From Candidatus Multivorans sp. (GTDB lineage: Bacteria; Acidobacteriota; Thermoanaerobaculia; Multivoradales; Multivoraceae): a DNA stretch of 64,000 nucleotides. Under the pieces are notes generated by a model. It made no database searches. It had not been told where the DNA came from and worked only from the letters and a program-made list of their open reading frames with translations. Each line of letters begins with the position of its first letter. Position 1 is the stretch's first letter. Shown piece after piece: positions 10,555 through 19,039 of the stretch. The stretch is taken from positions 702,517 to 766,516 of the forward strand of contig OZ251997.1 of NCBI GenBank assembly GCA_965247095.1, given 5' to 3'. The position numbers and the translations under genes were made by a program.

Positions 10555-11688
10555 GTGCTTCGTTTCTCTGCGTTCTTCATGGCCCTCGTGATCGTTGCCG
10601 GGACCGTGTTCGCGGCCGATGACGAGGAACTTCGTCTGGACGAGATCGAACTCCCCGCCGGGTTCAAGGTGGACGTGTTTGCCTCCGGCATCGACCTCGC
10701 GCGGTCCTTGGCGCAGAGCCCCTCCGGCACCGTCTTCGTCGGCACGGGCGGGCTCCGAGCCAGCGAGGTCGTGTACGCGGTCGTCGACGAGGATGGCGAT
10801 GGCAAGGCGGATCGTCGTTACCAGGTCGCTTCGGGCCTGAACCGGCCGAACGGCGTCGCGTTCCACGACGGCGACCTCTACGTGGCCGAGATCAGCCGCG
10901 TGCTCCGCTATGACGACATCGAGAGCCGCCTCGAAGCGCCGCCGGCGCCGGTCGTCGTCACCGCCGACCTGCCGGACAAGAGACACCACGGCTGGAAGTT
11001 CATCCGCTTCGGTCCTGACGGAAAGCTCTACGTTCCGGTCGGCGCGCCCTGCAACATCTGCGACGAGGGCGACCCCTTCGCCAGCATCCTGCGCCTGGAC
11101 GACGACGGGGGCTACGAGGTCGTGGCGCGCGGCGTCCGCAACACGGTCGGCTTCGACTGGCATCCCGGCACCGGCGAACTCTGGTTCACGGACAACGGCC
11201 GGGACATGATGGGCGACAACGTCCCGCCCGACGAACTGAACGTGCTGACCGAGGACGGCCAGCACTTCGGCTACCCGTACTGCCATGGTCAAGGCATCGC
11301 CGACCCGGAGTTCGGCGACAAGAGGCCCTGCGCGGAACTCGTGCCGCCGGCGATCGACCTCGGGCCGCACGTGGGAGCGATCGGCATGCGCTTCTACCGG
11401 GGCGATGCGTTCCCGGAGCGCTACCGAGGGCAGATCTTCATCGCCGAGCACGGTTCGTGGAACCGTAGCGAGAAGATCGGCTACCGCGTCATGGTGGTTC
11501 ATCTGGGCGCCGACGGGCGGCCCTCGGAGTACGAAGAATTCGCCACCGGTTGGCTTCAGGACGGCGCCTCGTGGGGCCGCCCGGTCGACGTGATGGAGCG
11601 CGCCGACGGCTCGCTGCTCGTCTCCGACGACCTGCGGGGTGTGATCTACCGGATCAGCTACGACGCCGCGGCTGCGGCGGGGGAGTAG
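10555..11688 (+). CDS. secreted PQQ-dependent sugar (sorbosone-like) dehydrogenase, tandem paralogue without C-terminal extension
   Basis: It carries the same family motifs as 8872..10497. The tracked ORF starts at GTG 10510. GTG 10555 gives a cleaner signal peptide (VLRFSAFFMALVIVAGTVFAADD), so the start is uncertain between the two. Confidence 0.85.
   Translation: MLRFSAFFMALVIVAGTVFAADDEELRLDEIELPAGFKVDVFASGIDLARSLAQSPSGTVFVGTGGLRASEVVYAVVDEDGDGKADRRYQVASGLNRPNGVAFHDGDLYVAEISRVLRYDDIESRLEAPPAPVVVTADLPDKRHHGWKFIRFGPDGKLYVPVGAPCNICDEGDPFASILRLDDDGGYEVVARGVRNTVGFDWHPGTGELWFTDNGRDMMGDNVPPDELNVLTEDGQHFGYPYCHGQGIADPEFGDKRPCAELVPPAIDLGPHVGAIGMRFYRGDAFPERYRGQIFIAEHGSWNRSEKIGYRVMVVHLGADGRPSEYEEFATGWLQDGASWGRPVDVMERADGSLLVSDDLRGVIYRISYDAAAAAGE
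10873..11208 (+). repeat. near-identical 336-nt segment shared with 9199..9534 (gene-conversion tract, copy 2)
   Basis: See copy 1. Both begin GACCTCTACGTGGCCGAGATCAGCCGCGTGCTCCGCTATGAC and end ..GACAACGGCCGGGACATG. Confidence 0.85.
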
Positions 11689-11693
11689 GTTCC

Positions 11694-12956
11694 ATGGCCC
11701 ACATTGATCCCGCCGTCGTCGCGGCGGCGCGGGACCGCTACGACGCGGCTCGCGCTGCCGGTCTCCGCCTCGACATGACCCGCGGCAAGCCGTCGCCGGA
11801 GCAGCTCGCTCGCTCCCACGGCCTGCTGCGGGCAGTAGAGCGGGAGGACAATCCCGCCGCCGACGGCACCGACTGCCGGAATTACGGCGGCGATCCCCGC
11901 GGTCTGCCGGAGATGCGGGCTCTCTTCGGCGAGATTCTGGGAGTGGATGCGGACCTCGTCTTCGTCGGCGGCAACGCCAGCCTGCAGTGGATGCACGATC
12001 TGGCGGTGCAGGCGATGTTGGTGGGCGTTCCGGGCGGCGAACCCTGGGGCGGGGCCGGCCGCGCGGTGCCGGTGAAGTTTCTCTGTCCCTGTCCCGGCTA
12101 CGACCGGCACTTCGCGCTGCTCGAGCGCTACGGCATCGAGATGCTCAAGGTCGCCATGGGCGAGGACGGCCCCGATGTGGATGAGATCGCGCGTCTCGCG
12201 GGTTCGGACCCGAACGTCAAGGGGATGTTCTGCGTGCCGCGCTACAGCAACCCGACCGGCGTCACGTATTCGGACGACGTGGTCGAGGCGATCGCCTCCA
12301 TGCGCACCGCGGCGCCGGACTTCCGGATCATCTGGGACGACGCCTACGCGCTGCACGCCTTCGACGGTGAACCGGATCGGCTGGCCAGTCTCTACGACCG
12401 CTGCGCGGCCCACGGCAACGAGGATCGGGCGTTTCTCGTCACGTCGTTCTCCAAGGTCACGTTCGGTGGCTCGGGTCTGGCTGCGGTGGCCGCGAGTCCT
12501 AGAAACGGCGACTGGATCCGGGGTTTCCGCTCGATCCAGACGATTGGACCGAACAAGCTGAACCAGCTCGCGCACGCCCACTTCTTCGACGGCGCCGTCT
12601 CGGCCGTCCGGGATCACATGAAGGGGCACGCGGACCTGATCCGGCCGAAGTTCGAGGCCGTGCTACGGGTGCTCGACAAGCGCCTCGGCGACTTGGGAGT
12701 CGCTTCGTGGAGCCGGCCCCGGGGGGGCTACTTCGTCAACCTGGACACGGCGCCCGGTTGCGCTCGGGCGGTGGTCGAGATGGCGGGGGAAGCAGGGGTC
12801 AAGCTGACGCCCGCCGGCGCCACCTTTCCCTACGGCATCGACCCGCAGGACCGGAACATCCGCGTCGCCCCGACGCTGCCGGCCCTCGACGAGATCGAGA
12901 CCGCGACTGGACTGCTGGCGGACTGCATCGTTCTGGTCAGCGCCGAGAACGCCTAA
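11694..12956 (+). CDS. PLP-dependent aminotransferase, class I/II fold
   Basis: GGGAG precedes ATG 11694. Motifs: [30 protein letters not shown], and SFSKVTFGGSGLA (candidate PLP Lys). The tracked ORF upstream of 11694 overlaps the previous gene. Confidence 0.8.
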   Translation: MAHIDPAVVAAARDRYDAARAAGLRLDMTRGKPSPEQLARSHGLLRAVEREDNPAADGTDCRNYGGDPRGLPEMRALFGEILGVDADLVFVGGNASLQWMHDLAVQAMLVGVPGGEPWGGAGRAVPVKFLCPCPGYDRHFALLERYGIEMLKVAMGEDGPDVDEIARLAGSDPNVKGMFCVPRYSNPTGVTYSDDVVEAIASMRTAAPDFRIIWDDAYALHAFDGEPDRLASLYDRCAAHGNEDRAFLVTSFSKVTFGGSGLAAVAASPRNGDWIRGFRSIQTIGPNKLNQLAHAHFFDGAVSAVRDHMKGHADLIRPKFEAVLRVLDKRLGDLGVASWSRPRGGYFVNLDTAPGCARAVVEMAGEAGVKLTPAGATFPYGIDPQDRNIRVAPTLPALDEIETATGLLADCIVLVSAENA

Positions 12957-14290
12957 TCGTCAATGTAGCCGAGGCTCTTGAGCTGCTTGATGTCGTCCTC
13001 GCTGAGGACGGTCGCGCTCCTGGCCTCGTACTTCGGCAGGGCGCGGTACCAGTTGACGAGGCGGCGGCCGAGGGGCGGGATCAGCTCGACGGGGGGCTCC
13101 GAGAGCGGTTTCTCCTCGCGCGGGTCGACGGTCAGGTCAAAGTACACGGTACGGCGTTTCGAGAAGTCGTGCACCACCTTCGCGCCGTTCAACTCCATGC
13201 TGATCTGCAGGGGGTTCTCGTAGGGTGCGTTGCGGCGTGACTTGCCGAACAGCGCGGTATGCCGGTCGCCCATGACGTACCGCGGCCGCTGAACGGCTTC
13301 CGTCTCCCTCGCGGTTGGAACCAGGCTCCGTCCCTCGAGACCGTCGGGCGCTTCGATACCGAGCAGGTCGAGCACTGTCGGCAGCACGTCGACGACACCG
13401 ACCGGAGCCTGGACCTCGAGGCCCGCCGGTAGTCCGGGGCCGGCGAGGATCATCGGGATGCGGGCGTTCGGCCAGTGGACGTTCTTGCCGTGTCCCCAGT
13501 AGCTGTGCTCGCCCATGCTCTCGCCGTGATCGCTCAGGAACAGGGTGAAGCGGGGCCCGGGCAGCAGCTCCTCGATCGCCTCGGACAACCTGCCGAGCCA
13601 GTGGTCGACGTAGTTCACCTCCGACTGGTAGCGCCAGCGCTTCTGCCAACCGGCTGTTCGCGTCTTCCTTGGCGGCAGGGGTGGCGTGAAGCCAGTGCGT
13701 TCCAGGTAGGGGTTGTGGGGGTCGGAGAAGTGGACCCAGAGGAACAGCGGCTGCCCGTTTCGTTCTTCGTCGCCGGCGCGGCGGCGCAGCCAGCGCTCAG
13801 CGGCCTTGACGATGTCGTCGGCGTCCCGTTCCGTGACGCCGCCCGCGTTCCGGGCCTGGTTGAACTCCTCGTCGTAGTGGTCGAACCCCCGGTCCAGGCC
13901 GACCAGGTCGGCTCGCAGCGTCCAGTTCGAAATGAAGGCCGCGGCCTCGTAGCCGGCTTCGCCCAGGATCTCGGCCAGGAGCGGGATATCGGTCCGCATC
14001 CGCTGCGCGTTGCGGCGGGCGCCGTGGGTCGGCGGATAGAGGGACGTGAAGATCGAGGCGAAGGCGGGCCCCGTCTTGCCGATCGTGGTCTGGGCGTCCT
14101 CGAACAGCATTCCCGCGGCGGCGAGGGCGTCGATCGTCGGCGTCTTCGCACCCGCGACCCCGTAGGCGCCGACCGCGTCCGCGCGCAGGGTATCCACCGA
14201 GAGCAGCACCAGGTGCGGCTCGGCCGGGAGCGGTGCGCAGAGCGACGCCGCCAGAAGCGCCGTCCGGATGAAGCGGGCGCCCGGGTTCAC
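12953..14290 (-). CDS. secreted sulfatase-fold (alkaline-phosphatase superfamily) enzyme with Thr in the nucleophile position
   Basis: GTG 14290 overlaps the upstream stop (GTGA) and yields a signal peptide (..IRTALLAASLCAPLPAEP). Sulfatase-fold motifs: LLSVDTLRAD, LWVHFSDPHNPY, LSDHGESMGEH. Where sulfatases have C/S-x-P-x-R, this protein reads K-T-G-P-A-F. Confidence 0.8.
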   Translation of the reverse strand: MNPGARFIRTALLAASLCAPLPAEPHLVLLSVDTLRADAVGAYGVAGAKTPTIDALAAAGMLFEDAQTTIGKTGPAFASIFTSLYPPTHGARRNAQRMRTDIPLLAEILGEAGYEAAAFISNWTLRADLVGLDRGFDHYDEEFNQARNAGGVTERDADDIVKAAERWLRRRAGDEERNGQPLFLWVHFSDPHNPYLERTGFTPPLPPRKTRTAGWQKRWRYQSEVNYVDHWLGRLSEAIEELLPGPRFTLFLSDHGESMGEHSYWGHGKNVHWPNARIPMILAGPGLPAGLEVQAPVGVVDVLPTVLDLLGIEAPDGLEGRSLVPTARETEAVQRPRYVMGDRHTALFGKSRRNAPYENPLQISMELNGAKVVHDFSKRRTVYFDLTVDPREEKPLSEPPVELIPPLGRRLVNWYRALPKYEARSATVLSEDDIKQLKSLGYIDD

Positions 14291-15222
14291 GCAGTCACGG
14301 CCCCGAAGGCCACGGCTTCTTCCTGGGTGTCGATGTCGCGGGCCAGGGACATCGCGTCGAGGACGGGCATCCGCACCTTGCGGCCGGGGTGCCTGCGGCG
14401 GTGACGGCGCTTGATGAACATGCGGCGAATAGCCAACTCGAGTTCTGACTGCTGGATGACCTTTTCCTTGAGGCGCCGGGCGGCCCACGTGCCGGATAGC
14501 AGCGTGTCCCAGGTGAAGGTGGGCAGCCGGAGGTTCAGGACGTGGATGAAGTCCTGAACCAGCATGATCCACAGGAGGCGTCGGGCCATGTAGGTGTTGC
14601 GGTAGAGGATCGGCCGGTTGCGTGTGCGGTAGGCGAGGTCCATCAGCCGGTACATGAAGTTCCAGCGGAGGGCCGCGGAGTCGAAGATCGCCAGATGACC
14701 GGGCAGCACGGGTACTGGCGTGGACAGTCCCTCGGGCTTGACGTGGTATCGCGGTTTCCACTTGGACGGGCCGAGACGTTCCGGGTCCTGGGGCGCCGGG
14801 ATGATCGGGAAGAAGAAGTCCAGCGGGCTGTGGCGCCAGAAATCCTCGACCACCGTCCGCATCTCGTTGGGGTCGGGGACGATGTCGCAGGTGGTGATCG
14901 CCAGCGGCCCGTCGCCGTGCAGTCGGCGGGCGGTTTCGACGCCGACCTGGATGTTGCGGCCGAAGCCGCCGTCCGTATCGATCGAGATGCCGTCCGAAAG
15001 CGAGCGGTAGGCGTGTCCGGGCCCTGCGACGTAGATCGGATCGAAGGCGTCCGCCTGACGGATGCGGTCGATGACGACCTCGATGAGCGGCCTGCCGCCG
15101 ATTTTAATGTCGACGCCCTTGATGCCCGCGAGCGGGTGCTTGGAGCGGCCGCCGGGAGGCATGTAGGCCGGGCGGCGGTCGCTGCCTCCGAGGACGATCA
15201 GGGGTACGGACTTGAAGGTCAT
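14287..15222 (-). CDS. uncharacterised protein with N-terminal MobA-like nucleotidyltransferase (GT-A) domain
   Basis: GGGAGAA precedes ATG 15222. The N-terminus (PLIVLGGSDRR..PLAGIK.. IGGRPLIEVVIDRI .. AITTCDIVP) follows the MobA/IspD-type NTP-transferase pattern. The C-terminal ~180 aa are unrecognised and end in a basic stretch (KRRHRRRHPGRK). Confidence 0.6.
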   Translation of the reverse strand: MTFKSVPLIVLGGSDRRPAYMPPGGRSKHPLAGIKGVDIKIGGRPLIEVVIDRIRQADAFDPIYVAGPGHAYRSLSDGISIDTDGGFGRNIQVGVETARRLHGDGPLAITTCDIVPDPNEMRTVVEDFWRHSPLDFFFPIIPAPQDPERLGPSKWKPRYHVKPEGLSTPVPVLPGHLAIFDSAALRWNFMYRLMDLAYRTRNRPILYRNTYMARRLLWIMLVQDFIHVLNLRLPTFTWDTLLSGTWAARRLKEKVIQQSELELAIRRMFIKRRHRRRHPGRKVRMPVLDAMSLARDIDTQEEAVAFGAVTA

Positions 15223-15399
15223 GGCGAAATCCGGTTCTCCCGAGGACTGACCGATTCTATGTTGAGGGAGGGCAAGAGCCCAAGACGTTGGGGGAGGCCG
15301 AGCGGGGATCGTGTGGTCCGGGCAGTCGACCCGCGCGCGGGAGGCGGCTTGAGGCGCTAGCATCCGGTGGACGGTCGCCCGGCCTTCGCTTGCGTGCTG

Positions 15400-17247
15400 A
15401 TGAGACTTCCCCCGCCGCCGACGCCCGAGGTCGTGGACCGTGACGATCGTCTGGCCGATCTCGCGCACCGCTGGCTGCGTGAGCCGTCGGTCGGTCTGGA
15501 CACGGAGTTCATCCGCGAACGGACGTTTTATCCGCGGCTCGGCCTGATCCAGGTCGCCGACTCGTCCGGCTGCTACCTGGTGGACATGGTGGCGGTCGGG
15601 GACAGCTCCCCGCTTGCGGCGGTGGTCAGGTCGCCCGCGGTGACCAAGGTGTTCCATTCGCCGGGTGAGGACCTGGAGATCTTCCAGCATGCCTTCGGCT
15701 TCGCTCCCGAAAACCTGTTCGACTGTCAGGTCGCGGCCATGCTTTGCGGCCTGGGGGGTTCGCTGGGCTACGTTCATCTGGTCTCGAGCCTGTTCGAGGT
15801 CGAGCTGGCCAAGGGAGCGCAACGGTCCAATTGGTTGCGGCGGCCGTTGAGCGAGGAACAGGTGCAATACGCGGGTCTCGATGTCGCCTACCTTCTGCCC
15901 GCGCACGAGGAGTTGCGGGCGAGGCTCGTGGAGCTCGAGCGCGAGAGTTGGGCGGAGGAGGAGTTCTGCCGGCTACTGGTTGCTTCGGCTGCGCGCCTTG
16001 ATCCGGAATGGTCGTACGGGAGGTTGCGTCGTCCGGGAATGTCGCGGCGTCAACTGGCGGCACTGCGAGCCCTCTGCGAGTGGCGTGAAGCGCGCGCACG
16101 CGGGCGCGATCTGCCCCGCGGTTTCGTGCTCAAGGATGAGACCCTCATCGATCTGGCGAGGCGGCTGCCGCGGAGCGGCCAGGACCTGGCTTCGGTGAAG
16201 GGGCTCGGGCCGAGACAGGCGCGCCGGTACGGTCCGACCCTGCTGGACCTGGTGCGAGGCGCTGCCACCTTGCCCGAAAGCGAACTCCCGGAGCGGTTGG
16301 ACCGTTCGGCGGGCCGGTCGTCGAGCGATCTTGCGGAGGGGCTGCGGGAGCTGGTTGCGCGCGTTGCCGGCGACCTCGATCTCCCGGCTGAGGCCCTTGT
16401 GCCCCGGCGGACGCTGGAGGTATGGGCGGCGCGAAGTCTCGAGCGGGGGGCCTGGGTCTGGCCAGGCGAGATCGAGGGTTGGCGCCGTTCAGTGCTGGAA
16501 CCGGAGGTCGAGCGGGCCGGCCTGCTGGAGTCTCTGCGGAGCGGTGGACGTGGTCGTCGCTCCAATCGAGGCCGCGGGCGTAGGGCCGGTGCGACGGTCC
16601 CGGCGACCGGTGTCGGAATTCGTGACGCGATGAGGCGGGTGGACGCCCAGGGCCACACCATCGACGACCTGTACGGCCTGTTCAGCGAAACGGCGCCCCC
16701 GGCGGTCGTCGTGCCGGACGATGTTGTACCCGAGCCTCAGTGCAGTCTGCTGGCTCACGAGAACCACATGACGGTGACTCTTGAGGCGTACCACGGCGGC
16801 GCTGTGGATGTCGTCGTCCTGAATCGCGTCAGATCCGATCGGTACTACGCACGCAAGATCCTCCTGCGCCGAAACGTCGAGAGCGGCGGTGAAGCCCCAT
16901 CTCCGGGGGCCGGCGTCGTCCAGTTTGGGATCATGCTCTTCGATCTCCGGTTCGCCAGCGAAGAGGCACGGCTCGAGATCCTGAGCGAGAGTGCGCCGCT
17001 CGGGCACATTCTGATCCGGCAGCGGCAGTTGCGCCGGATCAGCACGCATAGTCTGCTCGAGATCGAGCCGGACGCGGAGATGCGTCATCACTTCGGCCTC
17101 CCGGAGCCGAGACACGGGCACGAGACGACGGTGTTCGGGCGCCTGGCGACGATCTTCTGCGACGATCAGCCGGCGGTGGAACTCCTGGAGGTGCTCCCAC
17201 CCGGTCCAACCGCTACGGCGGGGTCATCAGGCGGGTCCGCAACGTAG
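15400..17247 (+). CDS. rnd: ribonuclease D (DEDDy 3'-5' exonuclease + HRDC) fused to a C-terminal UbiC/UTRA-like (DUF98-like) domain
   Basis: RNase D motifs: VGLDTEFIRERTFYPRLGLIQV, KVFHSPGEDLE, QRSNWLRRPLSEEQVQYAGLDVAYL. An Arg/Gly-rich linker follows, then ~200 aa in the same frame with no stop. The start is ATG 15400 or GTG 15367. Confidence 0.8.
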   Translation: MRLPPPPTPEVVDRDDRLADLAHRWLREPSVGLDTEFIRERTFYPRLGLIQVADSSGCYLVDMVAVGDSSPLAAVVRSPAVTKVFHSPGEDLEIFQHAFGFAPENLFDCQVAAMLCGLGGSLGYVHLVSSLFEVELAKGAQRSNWLRRPLSEEQVQYAGLDVAYLLPAHEELRARLVELERESWAEEEFCRLLVASAARLDPEWSYGRLRRPGMSRRQLAALRALCEWREARARGRDLPRGFVLKDETLIDLARRLPRSGQDLASVKGLGPRQARRYGPTLLDLVRGAATLPESELPERLDRSAGRSSSDLAEGLRELVARVAGDLDLPAEALVPRRTLEVWAARSLERGAWVWPGEIEGWRRSVLEPEVERAGLLESLRSGGRGRRSNRGRGRRAGATVPATGVGIRDAMRRVDAQGHTIDDLYGLFSETAPPAVVVPDDVVPEPQCSLLAHENHMTVTLEAYHGGAVDVVVLNRVRSDRYYARKILLRRNVESGGEAPSPGAGVVQFGIMLFDLRFASEEARLEILSESAPLGHILIRQRQLRRISTHSLLEIEPDAEMRHHFGLPEPRHGHETTVFGRLATIFCDDQPAVELLEVLPPGPTATAGSSGGSAT

Positions 17248-17297
17248 CGGTAGGGGCCGAGCGTCGACGCGCCGTCACGGCTTGAGATATCGGCGCC

Positions 17298-18284
17298 TCA
17301 CGCTCGTTCGACGGGGAAAACGATCAGGTCGTCAATGCGCGGCGCCTTCAGGGCGAGCGCGAGCAAGCGGTCGAACCCCAGCGCGACACCAGCGCAATGC
17401 GGCAGACCGGCCTCCAGAGCGGCCAGGAATCGCGACGGCATGGGCGGTAGGGGCCGGCCCAGTTCCCGGCGGCGGGCGAGGTCGCGCTCAAAGCGCTGCT
17501 GCTGCTCGGCCGGGTCGCTGAGTTCGCCGTAGCCGTTGGCGAGCTCGATGTCGCCGACGAAGGCCTCGAAGCGCTGTGCGGTCCGTGGATCGTCCGTGCC
17601 CAGGCGGGCCATCGCCGCTTGGGAGGCCGGGTAGTCGAAGACCACGGTCACCTGGTTGGGCGCGAAGTGGGGCTCGACCTTTTCGACGAACAGCCGGGAG
17701 AGCAGGTCGCCCCGGTCGAGGTCTCCGCCGCTCTGCGGTGAGGAGGACTGCTCGACGGCCTCGCGCAGGGTCGGGGTGGGCGTGTCGTGCGGATCGACTC
17801 CGGCGTGCTGTTTTAACAGGTCGGCGTAGCTCGCGTAGAGCGTGGCCTCGAAACGATGCGACCCGGCCAGGAGAATCTCGATCAGAGCCACGACCTCCCG
17901 CATTAGCCGGTGGTGGTCCCAACCGACGCGGTACCACTCGAGGATCGTGAACTCGGGGTTGTGCCAACGGCCGCGCTCACCGCCGCGAAACGCCTTGCAG
18001 ACCTGATAGATCGAACCGGCGCCCGCGGCGAGCAGCCGCTTCATCGCCAGTTCGGGTGAGGTCTGGAGGTACATCCGGCGCTTCGGGAACCCCGGCGCTT
18101 CGATCTCGGAGGTCAGGCTCTCCAGATGCAGGTCGAGCGTGGTCTCGGCGCTCAGGAGCGGCGTCTCGACTTCGAGTACGTCCCGCTCGGCGAAGAAGGC
18201 GCGCAGTTCGGCCAGCATCGCCGCCCGCCGGCGCAGGGCATCAGGCGTAGCGGTGGGGCGCCAGTCGGCGCCGGGGGAGGTCAC
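17298..18284 (-). CDS. epmA: EF-P (R)-beta-lysine ligase (truncated LysRS-like, PoxA/GenX)
   Basis: The class II aaRS-like core shows LEVETPLL, YLQTSPELAMKRLLAAG, YQVCKAFRGGERGRWHNPEFTILEWY, and GVALGFDRLL. GTG 18284 lies 20 nt downstream of the efp stop. The longer tracked ORF overlaps efp. Confidence 0.85.
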   Translation of the reverse strand: MTSPGADWRPTATPDALRRRAAMLAELRAFFAERDVLEVETPLLSAETTLDLHLESLTSEIEAPGFPKRRMYLQTSPELAMKRLLAAGAGSIYQVCKAFRGGERGRWHNPEFTILEWYRVGWDHHRLMREVVALIEILLAGSHRFEATLYASYADLLKQHAGVDPHDTPTPTLREAVEQSSSPQSGGDLDRGDLLSRLFVEKVEPHFAPNQVTVVFDYPASQAAMARLGTDDPRTAQRFEAFVGDIELANGYGELSDPAEQQQRFERDLARRRELGRPLPPMPSRFLAALEAGLPHCAGVALGFDRLLALALKAPRIDDLIVFPVERA

Positions 18285-18303
18285 GTGGCGCCCTCCCCGG
18301 TCG

Positions 18304-18873
18304 CTAACTCTTGGCGCGGGAAACGTACTCCCCGGTGCGGGTGTCCACCCGGATCGACTCGCCGTTCTGAATGAACAGCGGGACCTTGACTGTGGCCCCG
18401 GTTTCCAGCTTGGCGGGCTTGTTGCCACCGCTCGAGGTGTCGCCCTTGAGGCCGGGGTCCGTCTCGACGATTTTCCGGACCACGAAGTTCGGGGGCTTGA
18501 CCTGGATCGGGAGGCCGTTCCAGAGCGTCACGTTGCAGACATCCTCTTCCTTGATCCACTGTTCGGCGCCCGCAAGAACCTGGTCGTCGGCTTCGACCTG
18601 TTCGTAGGTGTCGGGGTTCATGAAGAACCAGTGTTCGCCGTCGCTGTAGAGGTACTGCATCGACGTGTCGACGACATCGGCGCCCGCGAGCAGATCGCCG
18701 GGCTTGAGGGTCTTCTCGTTGACCCGTCCGCTCAGCAGGTTGCGCATCTTGACGCGGGTGAACGCCTGCCCCTTGCCGGGCTTGATGAAGTCGCAGGCGA
18801 TGATCGCGTTCGGGTCACCGCTCTCGATCACCTTCAGTCCGGTCCGGACCTGGTTCATGTTGTAGGTGGCCAT
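18304..18873 (-). CDS. efp: elongation factor P
   Basis: [37 protein letters not shown].. is the canonical EF-P sequence, with the modifiable Lys in the KPGKG loop. GAGGAGGG lies upstream of ATG 18873. Confidence 0.95.
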   Translation of the reverse strand: MATYNMNQVRTGLKVIESGDPNAIIACDFIKPGKGQAFTRVKMRNLLSGRVNEKTLKPGDLLAGADVVDTSMQYLYSDGEHWFFMNPDTYEQVEADDQVLAGAEQWIKEEDVCNVTLWNGLPIQVKPPNFVVRKIVETDPGLKGDTSSGGNKPAKLETGATVKVPLFIQNGESIRVDTRTGEYVSRAKS

Positions 18874-19039
18874 GATCTGGGACCGCCCTCCTCGGCAACG
18901 GATCGACGAGGGGGACGATAGCAGTCTGCCGAGGCGCCGGAGGGCGTTCGGTGAAACCCTGCCTTCTCGTTTGCGTTGTGTAGCGGTGAAGGGCGCGTCG
19001 GGCGCCTCCACTCTCAGTCCCGGAAACAAGGAGAGACCG

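Noticed and set aside
8872-18873. The idea that the poly-Pro gene and efp-epmA form a functional genomic unit.
   Set aside because: They are separated by six unrelated genes on both strands. efp is a universal housekeeping gene, so the proximity is most likely coincidental. Only the physiological dependency is retained as a hypothesis.
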